From: Gammaproteobacteria bacterium
GTDB taxonomy: Bacteria; Pseudomonadota; Gammaproteobacteria; G965277405
Direction of reading: 5' to 3'
NCBI GenBank assembly: GCA_965277405.1
Contig: OZ255726.1
Span: 352,001 to 416,000 of the forward strand
DNA length: 64,000 nt
How positions within the stretch are numbered: position 1 is the stretch's first letter; each line of letters begins with the position of its first letter. Made by a program: the position numbers and the translations under genes. The notes under the pieces were generated by a model. It saw only the letters and a program-made list of their open reading frames with translations. It made no database searches and was not told where the DNA came from. Below, piece after piece: positions 9,873 through 21,304 of the stretch.

Positions 9873-12122
9873 ATGAACCAACCCGTTAGTACACAGCACT
9901 ATCAAATTGAACTTAGCACGTTTGTAGAAAAGGCGTATCTTGATTATTCAATGTATGTAATTTTAGACAGAGCATTACCGCATATTGGCGATGGGTTAAA
10001 ACCAGTTCAGCGCAGAATTGTGTATGCAATGTCTGAACTAGGATTGAAGCATTCAGCAAAATTTAAAAAATCAGCGCGGACAATTGGCGACGTGCTGGGT
10101 AAGTTTCACCCCCATGGTGACCAAGCATGTTACGAAGCCATGGTGTTGTTAGCGCAGGATTTTTCTACCAGGTATCCATTGGTAGAAGGTCAGGGAAACT
10201 GGGGATCTGCTGATAACCCGAAGTCATTTGCAGCGATGCGGTATACCGAAGCGCGGTTACACGCGTATGCAAAAACTTTGCTTGATGAACTCCATCTTGG
10301 CACGGTGCCATGGACTGGCAATTTTGATAATACCATGCAAGAGCCCACGCTACTCCCCGCACAATTACCAAATGTGTTGCTCAACGGCACGACTGGCATT
10401 GCAGTTGGTATGGCAACAGATATCCCCCCGCATAATTTGCAAGAAGTCATGCGCAGTTGCATGTTGTTGCTAAAAAATCCTACAGCAACACTCAGCGAAG
10501 TCATGCAATATATTAAAGGCCCAGACTTTGCCAGTGGTGGTGAGATTATTTCTCCACCATCGGCACTCAAAGAAATGTACACAACAGGGCGCGGGACAAT
10601 ACAACTGCGCGCGGCATATACAATTGAAAAAAGCGGAGATGTGGTCATCCACCAGCTGCCACATCAAACCTCTGGCAGCAAAATATTGGAGCAAATTGCT
10701 GCACAAATGCAATTAAAGAACCTGCCGATGTTGCAAGATATTCGTGACGAATCTGACCACGAACAGCCAATACGTTTGGTGTTAGTGTCACGCAATAAGC
10801 AGCTTGATAGTGCGGCGCTGATGGGTCATTTATTTGCCACAACAGATCTTGAACGCACCCAAAAATGCAACCTCAACATGATTGGGATAAACGGCAAACC
10901 GCAGGTCAAGCCGTTGCTAGCAGTGCTCCATGAGTGGCTAGAATTTCGCCAAAGAACAGTAGTAAACCGCTTACAGCAGCGCTTAGCAGCTGTGCTTAAC
11001 CGACTACATCTGCTCGATGGCTTGTTGATTGCCTATCTTAATATTGATGAAGTTATTGCGATTATTCGCAGCAACGACAAACCCAAGCCGGTGCTAATAG
11101 CACGTTTTACCTTAAGTAATCACCAAGCAGAAACTGTTTTAGAACTGCGCTTGCGCCAGCTAGCAAAGCTTGAAGAGCAAAAAATTCGTGGCGAAATTGC
11201 TGCGCTCAGCCAAGAACGCAAGGAATTAGAGACAACACTAGCGAGCAAGGATTTACAAAAAGAGCTGATGTATACAGAGTTTGAATCGCTAACACAGCGC
11301 CTTAGCGATAGCCGCCGCACACAGCTGGTGCAGCGTGCACCAGCGCAAGCACTGCGCCTTGAAGATACAATAAACAATGATCCTGTGACTATCGTATTGT
11401 CGCAACAAGCGTGGATTCGTGCAGCAAAAGGACATGATTTTAACCCAGAATCGCTGAGTTATAAGCAAGGCGATGGACTGTTAGCCCTCACAGAAGGACG
11501 CAATAATCAGTTCGTCACTTTGTTATCTGGACAAGGGCGAACGTATAGCGTGTTAGCCTCGAAACTGCCGTCAGCCCGCAGCCAAGGAGAACCGCTGTCA
11601 GGGCGATTTGATTTGCCGAATAAAACAGCAATACCCACGATGGTCTGTGCTGCTAACGAGGAATGGTTTTTGCTCGCATGCGACAATGGCTACGGCTATG
11701 TATGTCAGCACCAGGATATGATTGCTGCAAAAAAAGCAGGAAAACAGCAGTTAAGCGTGGCACAGCATAGCAAAGTACTGCCAGCATTAGCGATTGCAAA
11801 CATCCGTGAACAATCTGTCGTGTGTATTACCACGACTGGGCGTATGCTCATCATTGCATTAGCGGAACTACCGCAATTGGTGAAAGGAAAAGGTAATAAA
11901 ATTATACATATTCCAGTAAAACAGCTCAATAATCGCCAAGAATATGTGACCGCACAGTGCATTATCGCAGCAGATCAACACTTAAAACTCACAGCAGGAC
12001 GCCGCGCCTTCACTCTCAAACCTAGTGTCTGGCAATTATATTGCGGTGAACGTGCGCACCGCGGTCAATTGCTACCACAAGGACTGCGGCGAATTCAACA
12101 GGTAGAGGTCATTGCGCAATAG
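9873..12122 (+). CDS. parC: DNA topoisomerase IV subunit A
   Basis: [41 protein letters not shown]. Likely start ATG 9873. Confidence 0.96.
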   Translation: MNQPVSTQHYQIELSTFVEKAYLDYSMYVILDRALPHIGDGLKPVQRRIVYAMSELGLKHSAKFKKSARTIGDVLGKFHPHGDQACYEAMVLLAQDFSTRYPLVEGQGNWGSADNPKSFAAMRYTEARLHAYAKTLLDELHLGTVPWTGNFDNTMQEPTLLPAQLPNVLLNGTTGIAVGMATDIPPHNLQEVMRSCMLLLKNPTATLSEVMQYIKGPDFASGGEIISPPSALKEMYTTGRGTIQLRAAYTIEKSGDVVIHQLPHQTSGSKILEQIAAQMQLKNLPMLQDIRDESDHEQPIRLVLVSRNKQLDSAALMGHLFATTDLERTQKCNLNMIGINGKPQVKPLLAVLHEWLEFRQRTVVNRLQQRLAAVLNRLHLLDGLLIAYLNIDEVIAIIRSNDKPKPVLIARFTLSNHQAETVLELRLRQLAKLEEQKIRGEIAALSQERKELETTLASKDLQKELMYTEFESLTQRLSDSRRTQLVQRAPAQALRLEDTINNDPVTIVLSQQAWIRAAKGHDFNPESLSYKQGDGLLALTEGRNNQFVTLLSGQGRTYSVLASKLPSARSQGEPLSGRFDLPNKTAIPTMVCAANEEWFLLACDNGYGYVCQHQDMIAAKKAGKQQLSVAQHSKVLPALAIANIREQSVVCITTTGRMLIIALAELPQLVKGKGNKIIHIPVKQLNNRQEYVTAQCIIAADQHLKLTAGRRAFTLKPSVWQLYCGERAHRGQLLPQGLRRIQQVEVIAQ

Positions 12123-12194
12123 CAATCCAAATCGAAATGTACTATCTTGCTGATCATTCAATTTCTCCATACTTCCTCATTTCACGACTCCATT

Positions 12195-12605
12195 ATGAAT
12201 ATCAAGTCTATAATATTAACGCCAATTATCTTGTGGGCTGTTGCCAACTACGCGGTTGCTGCAGTGGCGGTGACTGATGCTTGGGTGCGCAATAATCCAA
12301 GCGCTGTCCACGCTGGGTATATGACGATTACCAGCGACCGTGATACAGTTTTAATCTCCGCAGCATCAGCAGGTGTAGACTCAATTGAAATCCATGCAAT
12401 GTCGCTGCGAGCAGGCGTGATGCATATGCAACGCATTGCTAAGCTGGCTCTGCCAAAAAACACAGCGGTGCAATTCAAGCCAGGTGGCTATCATTTGATG
12501 ATTTTCGGTAACTTGCAGCAAGCAGACACCTTGCCTATAACCCTCAAATTTGGTAACGGTGAGCAAATCACAGTACAATATGCTATCCATAAACAACACA
12601 ACTAA
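12195..12605 (+). CDS. Periplasmic copper chaperone PCu(A)C
   Basis: DAWVR, EIH.M...GVM.M, KPGGYHLM. Confidence 0.88.
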   Translation: MNIKSIILTPIILWAVANYAVAAVAVTDAWVRNNPSAVHAGYMTITSDRDTVLISAASAGVDSIEIHAMSLRAGVMHMQRIAKLALPKNTAVQFKPGGYHLMIFGNLQQADTLPITLKFGNGEQITVQYAIHKQHN

Positions 12606-12606
12606 T

Positions 12607-13170
12607 ATGCAACACATAGCCGCTGTTCTGCTTGGAATTGTTTTCCTTACAAGTTGTGCAAAAAAGCCGTCACCATATGAAAATCTTGGCGGTGATTTCG
12701 TGCTATCGAGCATTCAAGGACCAGTTGCGCTTAGTGATTTCCATGGTGAGGTGGCGGTGCTTTTTTTTGGTTTTTTAAACTGCCCCGATGTTTGTCCCAG
12801 TACCCTGAGTACCTTATCGAAAGCGCTTGATCTTATTGCCAAGGAAGACCGGCAGAAAATCCAGCCGCTGATGATTGGGCTGGATCATAGCCGAGATACT
12901 CCAGCGGCTATGGCGACATACGTTCGCTATTTTATCCCAGATATGATTGGGTTAAGCGGCAGCAAGCCTGCCTTAAAAAATATCACCAAACGGTATGGGG
13001 CGTACTTCGCAGTTGTGGCTGCGCCAGATTCAAACATAGGGTATACCATTGCGCATACCTCAAAGATATACATTATTGATGGCAACGGTAACATCAGCAA
13101 TATGCTGGATTACACAACTGCACCTACACAGCTTGCTGCAGCAATAGCAGCGGTGATTGACAGCTTGTGA
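12607..13170 (+). CDS. SCO1/SenC family copper protein
   Basis: FGF.NCPDVCP motif, conserved His (YTIAHTS), lipobox LTSC. Confidence 0.9.
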   Translation: MQHIAAVLLGIVFLTSCAKKPSPYENLGGDFVLSSIQGPVALSDFHGEVAVLFFGFLNCPDVCPSTLSTLSKALDLIAKEDRQKIQPLMIGLDHSRDTPAAMATYVRYFIPDMIGLSGSKPALKNITKRYGAYFAVVAAPDSNIGYTIAHTSKIYIIDGNGNISNMLDYTTAPTQLAAAIAAVIDSL

Positions 13171-14240
13171 TTGCGTTGTTGCAGGACTATTTCCATTGGT
13201 GGGTGCAAGCCATTGCGGTGATTATTATTAGTGCTGCCGGCAGCTTTGTTGCCGGCTTCATATTGCGAAAAATCATTCGTCAATCACACAAAACAAAAAC
13301 TTTTTTAGATGAAGTGTTGTTGGAATCCGCACTCGCCCCAGTTAAATTATTCATCCAAGCCATCGGCGCTCATGTTGCTATTTACATTATAGAAAGTGAA
13401 AGACACACAACACTGCTAGCATTTGTGGCACTGCATTTTACATCGGTGTATTGGGTATTACTCGCCTGGTTTATTAGTCGGTTTATCAATAGAATTGAAA
13501 AAAAATACCTGACGTTATACCAGTCTGGCGCACAAATTAAAGGGGATATCACCACCGTTACGGCGATCACAAAAATATCCAGAATTGCCCTGCTATTGGT
13601 AGTTGTATTATACGTACTACAAGAATTTGGTTTTAATATAAATAGCTTACTCGCAGCTGGGGGTATTGGTGGCTTGGCGGTTGGGTTGGCAGCAAGAGAT
13701 CTACTCGCCAATATTTTTGGTGGGGTGATGCTATACTTTGAAAAACCGTTCAAAGTTGGTGACTGGGTGCGCTCACCAGATAGAGATATAGAAGGTACCG
13801 TTGAAGAAATAGGTTTGCGTAGCACGCGCATCCTCACTTTTAAAAGCCGACCGTTATACGTGCCAAATTCAATCTTTACCACGATGACGATTGAAAATGC
13901 ATCGCGCATGACAAATCGCAGAATATATGAAATCATTGGTCTACGCTATGACGATGCGCCGCATATCAAAAGTATAGTGGATGCAATCGAGCAGATGTTG
14001 CGCCAGCATGCAGCTATCGATCAACAACAAACACTCATGGTCAATTTTAACGAATTTGCGCAATCATCGCTCAACATGTTTGTGTATTGTTTTACGCTGA
14101 CAACACAGTGGGAGGAATTTCATAGCGTCAAGCAGGACGTGCTGTTTCAAATGCTGAGTATTATCGCAGCGCACGATGCACAGATTGCCTTCCCAACTTC
14201 AGTCATTCACGTTGATACACTATTGACTCAACAACAATAA
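13167..14240 (+). CDS. MscS-family mechanosensitive channel
   Basis: GGIGGLAVGLAARD, PFKVGDW, GTVEEIGLRST. Confidence 0.92.
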   Translation: MIALLQDYFHWWVQAIAVIIISAAGSFVAGFILRKIIRQSHKTKTFLDEVLLESALAPVKLFIQAIGAHVAIYIIESERHTTLLAFVALHFTSVYWVLLAWFISRFINRIEKKYLTLYQSGAQIKGDITTVTAITKISRIALLLVVVLYVLQEFGFNINSLLAAGGIGGLAVGLAARDLLANIFGGVMLYFEKPFKVGDWVRSPDRDIEGTVEEIGLRSTRILTFKSRPLYVPNSIFTTMTIENASRMTNRRIYEIIGLRYDDAPHIKSIVDAIEQMLRQHAAIDQQQTLMVNFNEFAQSSLNMFVYCFTLTTQWEEFHSVKQDVLFQMLSIIAAHDAQIAFPTSVIHVDTLLTQQQ

Positions 14241-14250
14241 GGTATTGCCG

Positions 14251-16989
14251 ATGAAGTGCTTGTTGCTATTAATAATTATGCTGTTAGTGGGTTGCGCGCA
14301 GCTAAATATACCATCAGCTAAACTCCAAACCCTAGCCGTAGACCGCGCCATTGATACCAATCAATATGCCTACACCACACTCGACAACGGCTTGCAAGTG
14401 TTGTTAATCCAAAGCAAACAATCAACTGCTGCGCTAAGCATAGACTTTAATGTGGGCAGTGAGCACAACCCGCCGCGCTTTCTTGGTCTGGCGCATTATT
14501 TAGAGCACATGTTGTTTTTAGGTAACCAACAATACCCTGAGCCAGATGAATATTTTTCTTTTATCAATCAGCACGGGGGCTTGACCAATGCCACCACCTC
14601 TGGCAACAACACCAATTATTATTTTACGATTGATACCAAGTTGTTAGCACCCGCTACCAAGCGTTTGGCAGCATTGTTTCAACAACCTACATTCGATCCG
14701 CAATATTCACGCGATGAAATAGGCATTATTGACGCGGAATTTCAACGCCATACGAGTTCAGACGGCCGGGTATACTATGCGGCTCGCAGACAACTGCTTA
14801 ATCCAATCCATCCAGCCAGCCGCTTTGCCACTGGTAATACCGCAACACTGACGCAGCACGGTATTCCCGCACTCAACGTTGCTCTACGTAAATTTTTTAT
14901 CGATAACTACGTAGCCAATCGTGCTGTAGTTGCCGTGGAATCAAGTTTGCCAATCGCAGCAATGCTGGCAATCGTCACAGATAATTTTGCAACGTTACCA
15001 CAAGATATTACCAGCAAGCCGACAATAGCCACCGCATCACGGTATGCATATGTTCCAAGCTCAATGTGTATTCAAGCTCGCAACCTCTCATGGAATGTTG
15101 ACTGGAAGTTTCGTATTCCACCGCAAAAACAATTTATCGACGAAAAGTATATCGGCTATATCAGCTATCTGCTAGACGATCAAGCAAGCGGCTCACTCGC
15201 GGCTGAGTTACTCAGCCGCAATTGGGTAACATATTTCTCTGCTGGTGGATTTGACAACCAATTCGTAGCAAGCTTCATCCACGTTTCAATGTCGCTTACC
15301 CCAGCAGGATATGCAAATATTAACCACATTGAAGGCATGCTGTATGGCTATATCCAAGCAATGTCTCGGCTCACTACGCACCAACAGTTATATCAACAAT
15401 ACGCAAAAATTATCCAGCTACACTGGCAATTCAGTCCAATGCTAGCACCGCTCACCCAGGTTCGTGATGCAGCACGGCTGCTCCATGAATATAGCTATGA
15501 TCAGCTGTATACAACGCCGCTACAATTTCCTCAATTAAATCAAGTTAAGCTGTTGCGACTATTAAATGCCCTTAGCGCCGCCAATACCGTGCGCACCACC
15601 ACTGTACCAGAGTGTAGCGCCACTCCAGCAACAATCCACACAGAGCCATTATTTGGCACCAACTACACCACCAACCAAGCGCCAGTATTTGCCAAAGCCA
15701 TCCCTTGGACGCAACAGCGCACGCTCAACCCGTTTATCCCGAAAAACACCAGTTTAATAGATGCAACGAATGACATTCACCTCGTGCAAAACTCCCCGTA
15801 TCTACATTGGCATGCAACGCAAACCATTCATCCGATTCCTAAAGCTGCAATATATATTAGTCTGCAAAATGCACGGTATACCGACCCAAAAACACAAGCA
15901 TTGCTTGAAATATATATCAATATCCTGCAAAAACAATTACAGCCAGATCTATATCAAGCCAAAGTAATTGGCAACCATGTGGTTGCAAGTAGCAACTTCA
16001 ATGGCGTGACAATCCGCGCCAACGGCTACAGTGATACTATTGTGAGCACGCTTGAACTTTTTATTGCCAAGTTGTTGGCAAAAGACATCAACCAAGCAGA
16101 ATTTAAAAATGCTCAACAACAACTCATGCGCGAGCTCCAAAATGCAAAAAATGCCAGAGTTAGCAATCGTTTAAGCGACCAACTCAACGCCCATCTACAA
16201 CCGCAATACACCTCGTATGCCAACCGTGAACGTAGCGTAGCAACGCTCAAATGGAGCGATTGGCTAGCTATTCGCGCTGGATTAGTGGCGAGCGACTCGA
16301 TTACAGTGCTCAGTATTGGCAATATTACGCCACAACAAGCCAAAGATGCTATTGAAAAAATGCAATTGCCATATGGACCACAACAAGATATCAGCCAGCC
16401 ACATATCAACATCATTGCTCAACAACAGCATATACACAGCACCCTCAACCCGAATGAAACCACGAATATTGCCTTTATTTACCTGCAAACCAAACAAGCC
16501 ACCCCACGTACCCGCTTACTCACAGCATTAGCCGCAGCCGCACAACGTGATATTTTTTTTAAACAACTGCGCACCGAAGAAAACATTGGCTATGCCGTTC
16601 GCGTTTCACCATACCCCGTGCTCAACCATCCTGCTCTGTCATGGAGTGTTGAATCAGCAACATTATCAGGCGATGCCATCCAACAACGTATTGCCACATT
16701 TATGGAATGGTCAAAAACCTATATAGCCCAACTTGATACGCCAACATTCAATAAAATTCAACAAGGGCTGTTAACCAAATTACGCAAACCAGAACGCTTT
16801 CTCACCCAAAGGACTGAACGCTTTTGGGATGAAATCCATCGGGATGACAGCGATTTTTTGCGCAACAACACGCAAATTGATATATTACAACAACTCACAC
16901 TTGCCGATCTACAAGCCTTTTACGCCGACTTGCTATCTGGTGAAATACCACAGCACAGCCGCATCATTACCGCAGCGACAGCAAAGTAA
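14251..16989 (+). CDS. M16 (insulinase/pitrilysin-like) zinc peptidase, lipoprotein
   Basis: GLAHYLEHMLFLG, QLRTEE.IGY, lipobox LLVGC. Confidence 0.88.
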   Translation: MKCLLLLIIMLLVGCAQLNIPSAKLQTLAVDRAIDTNQYAYTTLDNGLQVLLIQSKQSTAALSIDFNVGSEHNPPRFLGLAHYLEHMLFLGNQQYPEPDEYFSFINQHGGLTNATTSGNNTNYYFTIDTKLLAPATKRLAALFQQPTFDPQYSRDEIGIIDAEFQRHTSSDGRVYYAARRQLLNPIHPASRFATGNTATLTQHGIPALNVALRKFFIDNYVANRAVVAVESSLPIAAMLAIVTDNFATLPQDITSKPTIATASRYAYVPSSMCIQARNLSWNVDWKFRIPPQKQFIDEKYIGYISYLLDDQASGSLAAELLSRNWVTYFSAGGFDNQFVASFIHVSMSLTPAGYANINHIEGMLYGYIQAMSRLTTHQQLYQQYAKIIQLHWQFSPMLAPLTQVRDAARLLHEYSYDQLYTTPLQFPQLNQVKLLRLLNALSAANTVRTTTVPECSATPATIHTEPLFGTNYTTNQAPVFAKAIPWTQQRTLNPFIPKNTSLIDATNDIHLVQNSPYLHWHATQTIHPIPKAAIYISLQNARYTDPKTQALLEIYINILQKQLQPDLYQAKVIGNHVVASSNFNGVTIRANGYSDTIVSTLELFIAKLLAKDINQAEFKNAQQQLMRELQNAKNARVSNRLSDQLNAHLQPQYTSYANRERSVATLKWSDWLAIRAGLVASDSITVLSIGNITPQQAKDAIEKMQLPYGPQQDISQPHINIIAQQQHIHSTLNPNETTNIAFIYLQTKQATPRTRLLTALAAAAQRDIFFKQLRTEENIGYAVRVSPYPVLNHPALSWSVESATLSGDAIQQRIATFMEWSKTYIAQLDTPTFNKIQQGLLTKLRKPERFLTQRTERFWDEIHRDDSDFLRNNTQIDILQQLTLADLQAFYADLLSGEIPQHSRIITAATAK

Positions 16990-17025
16990 ATTCAGCCAAG
17001 TCAAACGCATGATACGCTATCTGTA

Positions 17026-17119
17026 GGAACCTCTGCTGCAGTTGCTAATGCAACGAGTTTGCCTGCAAGCGCAGATGATTGCAAGGCACAAGCGGCGCAT
17101 GCCGTAGCATATACGCCAA
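17026..17119 (+). repeat. Degenerate left part of MITE
   Basis: GGAACCTCTG...GAGTTTGCCTGCAA...GATGATTGCAAGGC...GCGCATGCCGTAGCATATACGCCAA. Confidence 0.75.
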
Positions 17120-17164
17120 CAGCTGCAGCACAGCCGCAAACCGTTGATATTAATAAATATATGA

Positions 17165-17248
17165 TGCCGAAGAACGGACTCGAACCGTCACGAGCTGTTG
17201 CCCACTACCCCCTCAAGATAGCGTGTCTACCAATTCCACCACTTCGGC
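17165..17248 (-). tRNA. tRNA-Leu (GAG)
   Basis: GCCGAAGTGGTGGAATTGGTAGACACGCTATCTTGAGGGGGTAG...GGTTCGAGTCC...TTCGGCA with a long variable arm. Usual position downstream of secG. Confidence 0.95.
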
Positions 17249-17257
17249 TAATCGTTG

Positions 17258-17920
17258 CTACTGTATTGCAAACTCAACTGCGTTGTGCTGCGTTTGCTTA
17301 ACTTGGCTAATACGTACAGCTAGCGCAGGTATATTATTATCACGCAAAGCAGCGTCTATCTTTGTTAACAGTGCTTGCGCGTTGTCTCCACTGGCGCGAA
17401 TGGCTACGACTTGCTGGGGGTATTGTCCCAACAGCGTTGCAAATTGTCGCAACATGTCTAATGCCGCGCTATCGAGTGACTGTGTTATGCCATCGATGGT
17501 AATTGCACTCACAAAACCAACACCTGTTGCGAGTTGCTCAACACCAAATTGTTGCAAAGTTTGGTCGAGTTGCTTCTGGCTCAATACAGTTGGAACTTCA
17601 GGTAAGGCATCAGGGTCGCTAATCTGAGCTGCTGCTTGTTCTTGCAGTCGATCAAGAGTAAGCGCATCAACGTCTATGGATTTGTTGTGTTTATTCCCTG
17701 CTAAGATAGCTAAGCCCAAACTGGTCACTACAAAGCCGATTGAAAGAAACGCTGTCAATTTAAAAAAGAATGAAGCAGGCCCTCTACTGCCAAAAACGGT
17801 GTTCGATGAACCGCCACCAAAAGACGCGCCCATTCCTGTGCCTTTTCCCTGCTGCAGCAACACCAATGCAACAATAGCAATTGCAATAACCGTGTGGACT
17901 ATGAGTGCGATATTATCCAT
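17258..17920 (-). CDS. secG: Preprotein translocase SecG with long C-terminal extension
   Basis: LVLLQQGKGTGMGASFGGG.S.TVFGS.G motif; lies between tpiA and tRNA-Leu. Likely start ATG 17920. Confidence 0.9.
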   Translation of the reverse strand: MDNIALIVHTVIAIAIVALVLLQQGKGTGMGASFGGGSSNTVFGSRGPASFFFKLTAFLSIGFVVTSLGLAILAGNKHNKSIDVDALTLDRLQEQAAAQISDPDALPEVPTVLSQKQLDQTLQQFGVEQLATGVGFVSAITIDGITQSLDSAALDMLRQFATLLGQYPQQVVAIRASGDNAQALLTKIDAALRDNNIPALAVRISQVKQTQHNAVEFAIQ

Positions 17921-18070
17921 GTATGTATACGTAAGAAATGGGGACGGCGAAAGATACCGTAACAATGAAAATATTCAAGCCAACACTGCGCAAATAGCGC
18001 GCAGCTTTGACACTAATAATATTAAACGAAAGAATAACTGTCGCAAAACCGATGGTAAAAATTGCAACCA

Positions 18071-18790
18071 TTAACTTGCTGCAAGCAAGTCATTCAAGCG
18101 TTGCCAGCTATTATATTCCAGCGAGGAACGACCGACAAGCGCGCCATCAATATCTGAGCAGCCAAACAATGCTGCGGCATTCTCAGGATTCACACTGCCG
18201 CCATATAACACGGCTATGTTCAGTGAATACTCTCCAAGCACAGCGCGAATATGTTGATGCATTGCATTCGCTTGCTCAGGACTAGCGGTTTTACCAGTCC
18301 CAATAGCCCAAATAGGTTCGTAGGCAATCATTGCATCGTCTCGCAAACAGGGTGCAATCGCATGCAACTGTGCGGCAACGAATGCGTTGTGGCTAGATTG
18401 TTGCCGTTGTTGCAACGATTCACCCACACACACAACTGTACAGAGTTGTTGTTGATTCGCCTGTTCAATTTTTTGTGATACAATTGCGTCTGTTTCTCCA
18501 AAGTCTTGTCTGCGTTCAGAGTGGCCGATAATACAGTGGCTCGCGCCTGCATCTTTTGCAATCGCTGCGCTTATCTCGCCAGTATGCGCTCCAGCTGCGT
18601 GCTGGTGAATATTCTGCACGCCAAGGTGCATAGCCAAACCCTGCCATTGCGTTATCGCATATCCCAGCAATGGCGCTGGAGGACAAATTATATTTTGATG
18701 GCTGGATGCCGCAGCATAATTGCAAAAATCATCGATAAGCGCACGGCTACCGTGCATTTTCCAGTTAGCAATCAGTGCTTTTGGACGCAT
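18071..18790 (-). CDS. tpiA: Triosephosphate isomerase
   Basis: ANWKMHG, GHSERR, AYEPIWAIGTG, YGGSV. Confidence 0.97.
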   Translation of the reverse strand: MRPKALIANWKMHGSRALIDDFCNYAAASSHQNIICPPAPLLGYAITQWQGLAMHLGVQNIHQHAAGAHTGEISAAIAKDAGASHCIIGHSERRQDFGETDAIVSQKIEQANQQQLCTVVCVGESLQQRQQSSHNAFVAAQLHAIAPCLRDDAMIAYEPIWAIGTGKTASPEQANAMHQHIRAVLGEYSLNIAVLYGGSVNPENAAALFGCSDIDGALVGRSSLEYNSWQRLNDLLAAS

Positions 18791-19392
18791 TAGGTGCGGC
18801 TGTCACTTTTTTGTACTACTTTCCATAACGCGGGCATCAGCACTGCTGCAATCGCTGTTTTTATGATGTCACCAAGCAAAAACGGAACCATTCCTAAAGC
18901 TAATATTGGTTTATCCCAACCAATCAAAGTCCCAAGCCATGCCAAACCGCACGCATAAATAATGATGTTTCCCACCAGCATTGCGGCTATTGTCAAGGGC
19001 AGTGTTTTGTCCCAACCACGCTGTGCCAGCAGCCCACAAGCAGCTGTTGCTATCACAAATCCAAACAGATAGCCACCTGTTGGTCCAAACATGTAGGCTA
19101 GTCCAATGCCTTGCGCAGGTGTGCCTGCAAACACACTCACGCCAACAGCACCAATAATTAAATAACTGATGACTGTCGATACCGCCAGCTTGTAGCCATA
19201 CGCCATTCCCAATAACAACACCACCAATGTCTGCAGGGTGAATGGTACTGGGTATGCTGGTATTTGTACTTTGGCACTAATAGTAAGCGCTGCAATACCT
19301 GCTGCAACAGCAACAATGTTTTTGTAAACACTGGCTGATTGTGCCGTAAAAATGTGTTGCAGTAAATGTGGTGATGTGGTTGCTGTATTCAT
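18790..19392 (-). CDS. bioY: Biotin transporter BioY
   Basis: PVPFTLQT, GPTGGYLFGF, PFL.GD..K. Confidence 0.92.
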   Translation of the reverse strand: MNTATTSPHLLQHIFTAQSASVYKNIVAVAAGIAALTISAKVQIPAYPVPFTLQTLVVLLLGMAYGYKLAVSTVISYLIIGAVGVSVFAGTPAQGIGLAYMFGPTGGYLFGFVIATAACGLLAQRGWDKTLPLTIAAMLVGNIIIYACGLAWLGTLIGWDKPILALGMVPFLLGDIIKTAIAAVLMPALWKVVQKSDSRT

Positions 19393-19404
19393 AATAATTC
19401 CTAG

Positions 19405-20001
19405 CTATTGTGGAGGGGCTGTTGTGACCATTGATGGTCGTTGATCGAATGACTCAAACCAAGCAGTCAGTCGTGGTGCAGCGGCGCGCCATGCAAATTC
19501 AGGGTATCTGATGTCTAAATAAGCTAAAGCCACGCCAGTCGTAATTGACCCTAAGTTGATTGAGTCTGTAATCAACTCGCAGCTTTGCTCAAGATAGCCT
19601 AGTGTCCGCTTAATTGCTGTTACAAAGCGTTCGGTCATTTTGGTTGATTGGGTATTCTGCTCGCGCATATTCAATTCAATGAACCGTTGCACTGTTGCGT
19701 CTAACAAGCCATCTGCAATAGCCTGAATATTCAGCAATCGAAAGCGTAAATCTGCGGGTAACATAGAAACCAAACCAAATGTACTAATCAAATATTCACA
19801 AATTAATTTAGAATCAACCAATAAGGTTTGATCGTCTGTAATCAATGCAGGCACTTTACCGATTGGGTTTATATCAGCAACACTGGCGTCAGACCATGGA
19901 TTCATTGTTTCAAGGTCAATTTGGCTGGCAATGCTACCTTCTTGTGCCAGCACTAGTACTTTACGAACAAACGGCGATGTTGGAGTATGGATGAGTCTCA
20001 T
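19405..20001 (-). CDS. Glutathione S-transferase family protein
   Basis: SPFVRKV, NPIGKVPAL, DSKLICEYL. Confidence 0.9.
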   Translation of the reverse strand: MRLIHTPTSPFVRKVLVLAQEGSIASQIDLETMNPWSDASVADINPIGKVPALITDDQTLLVDSKLICEYLISTFGLVSMLPADLRFRLLNIQAIADGLLDATVQRFIELNMREQNTQSTKMTERFVTAIKRTLGYLEQSCELITDSINLGSITTGVALAYLDIRYPEFAWRAAAPRLTAWFESFDQRPSMVTTAPPQ

Positions 20002-20028
20002 TGTTTTTCTCAATAAATTTGTATGTAC

Positions 20029-20715
20029 TTATTGGTTTTCACCACGGATATGCTGCCAAATTATAGCGACTTCTGTTTGCAAAGCGTCAATTTGTTGCTG
20101 CATATGTTCCATCTTCGCAGTACTACCATGTAAGCTCGTGGTAGTGGCATCATTCGCAGCCGTATTTTGTTCTGGTATCGGCTCGCTCAACAGCTGTCCA
20201 TAGCGAATTTCGCGCTGTCCAGATTGGCGTGGTGCGATATACACCAATGCTGGCTGTTGCGCGACTAACATATCTAACTGTTGTTGCAGGCTGTCTGCAT
20301 TGCGAAAAATCTGCGCTCTTTCAGTACGCGTCAGTAATTCACCGCGTGTATGTGGTCCACGCACAAACATTGCTTGAAAAATAGCATTGCTTTTCTCATC
20401 CCATTGCTGCTGCAAACTCAGTTGCTGGGCATAGCGTTCAGCCCTGCCAAAGCGTTCTTTGCGGACCAAGTCTCTGGATTGCAACCCAGCTAAAATACGC
20501 GCAACATCACTGATTTGGTAGTGACTCACGGGGATACGGTTGCTCTTTTGATTGCATGCATTCAGCAATGCATTCATCGTTAACGGATAGGTTTCTGGGG
20601 TGAATAATTGCTTTTCCATCAAGGCACCAAGCACACGCACTTCACCAGCACTTAGCAACGCTGCTGCAGATGATGGGGTTATTGCTGGTGTATTGTGTTG
20701 GATATCGTCGGTCAT
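20029..20715 (-). CDS. YceH / DUF480 family protein
   Basis: EVRVLGALMEKQ..TPE.YPL.MNAL..ACNQKSNR.PV, GELLTRTER. Confidence 0.9.
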   Translation of the reverse strand: MTDDIQHNTPAITPSSAAALLSAGEVRVLGALMEKQLFTPETYPLTMNALLNACNQKSNRIPVSHYQISDVARILAGLQSRDLVRKERFGRAERYAQQLSLQQQWDEKSNAIFQAMFVRGPHTRGELLTRTERAQIFRNADSLQQQLDMLVAQQPALVYIAPRQSGQREIRYGQLLSEPIPEQNTAANDATTTSLHGSTAKMEHMQQQIDALQTEVAIIWQHIRGENQ

Positions 20716-20833
20716 ATATTCCCAATATATCAAATGTGCCCTTTTGTGCCCGTAGCTACCCAGCAAGGGACGCGTCGCAGCATTTTTTTCACATTATCAT
20801 GTGCCGTATGCCATATACAACTAAGTTTGTATA

Positions 20834-20909
<76 letters not shown>

Positions 20910-20913
20910 TTAT

Positions 20914-21200
20914 GGAGACTCTGATTAAGTCGTTGCTGGAGCGAGTTTGCCTGCAATTGCTGATGATTGCAAGGCGCATTCCGCTGAGCGCATGACCTAG
21001 CTATACGCCTATGGATGCTACACAGCAAGCGCAGCAATTACCATCAAACTGTTGTATATTCAACAGAGGGACGGGAAAAAACGCTGCGATAACGTCGTTG
21101 CAGCACTTAATAATACCACCAGTATTATCTGCGCACTGCGTCTAGTTATCATCAGCGTTTTTTCTCCGTCTCGCCCATCATGGACTTAATCAGAGCTTCC
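20914..21200 (+). mobile_element. MITE family copy (full length)
   Basis: Slightly degenerate left TIR GGAGACTCTGATTAAGTC; intact right TIR followed by TTAG. Confidence 0.88.
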
Positions 21201-21304
21201 TTAGGTACGGTGATGGTAGTGAAATCCATTAGAACGTCAACAACATGGTTTTTGATAAACTAGTTTTTCTACACTCATACAGATTTTTTCCATACTATCA
21301 GTAC

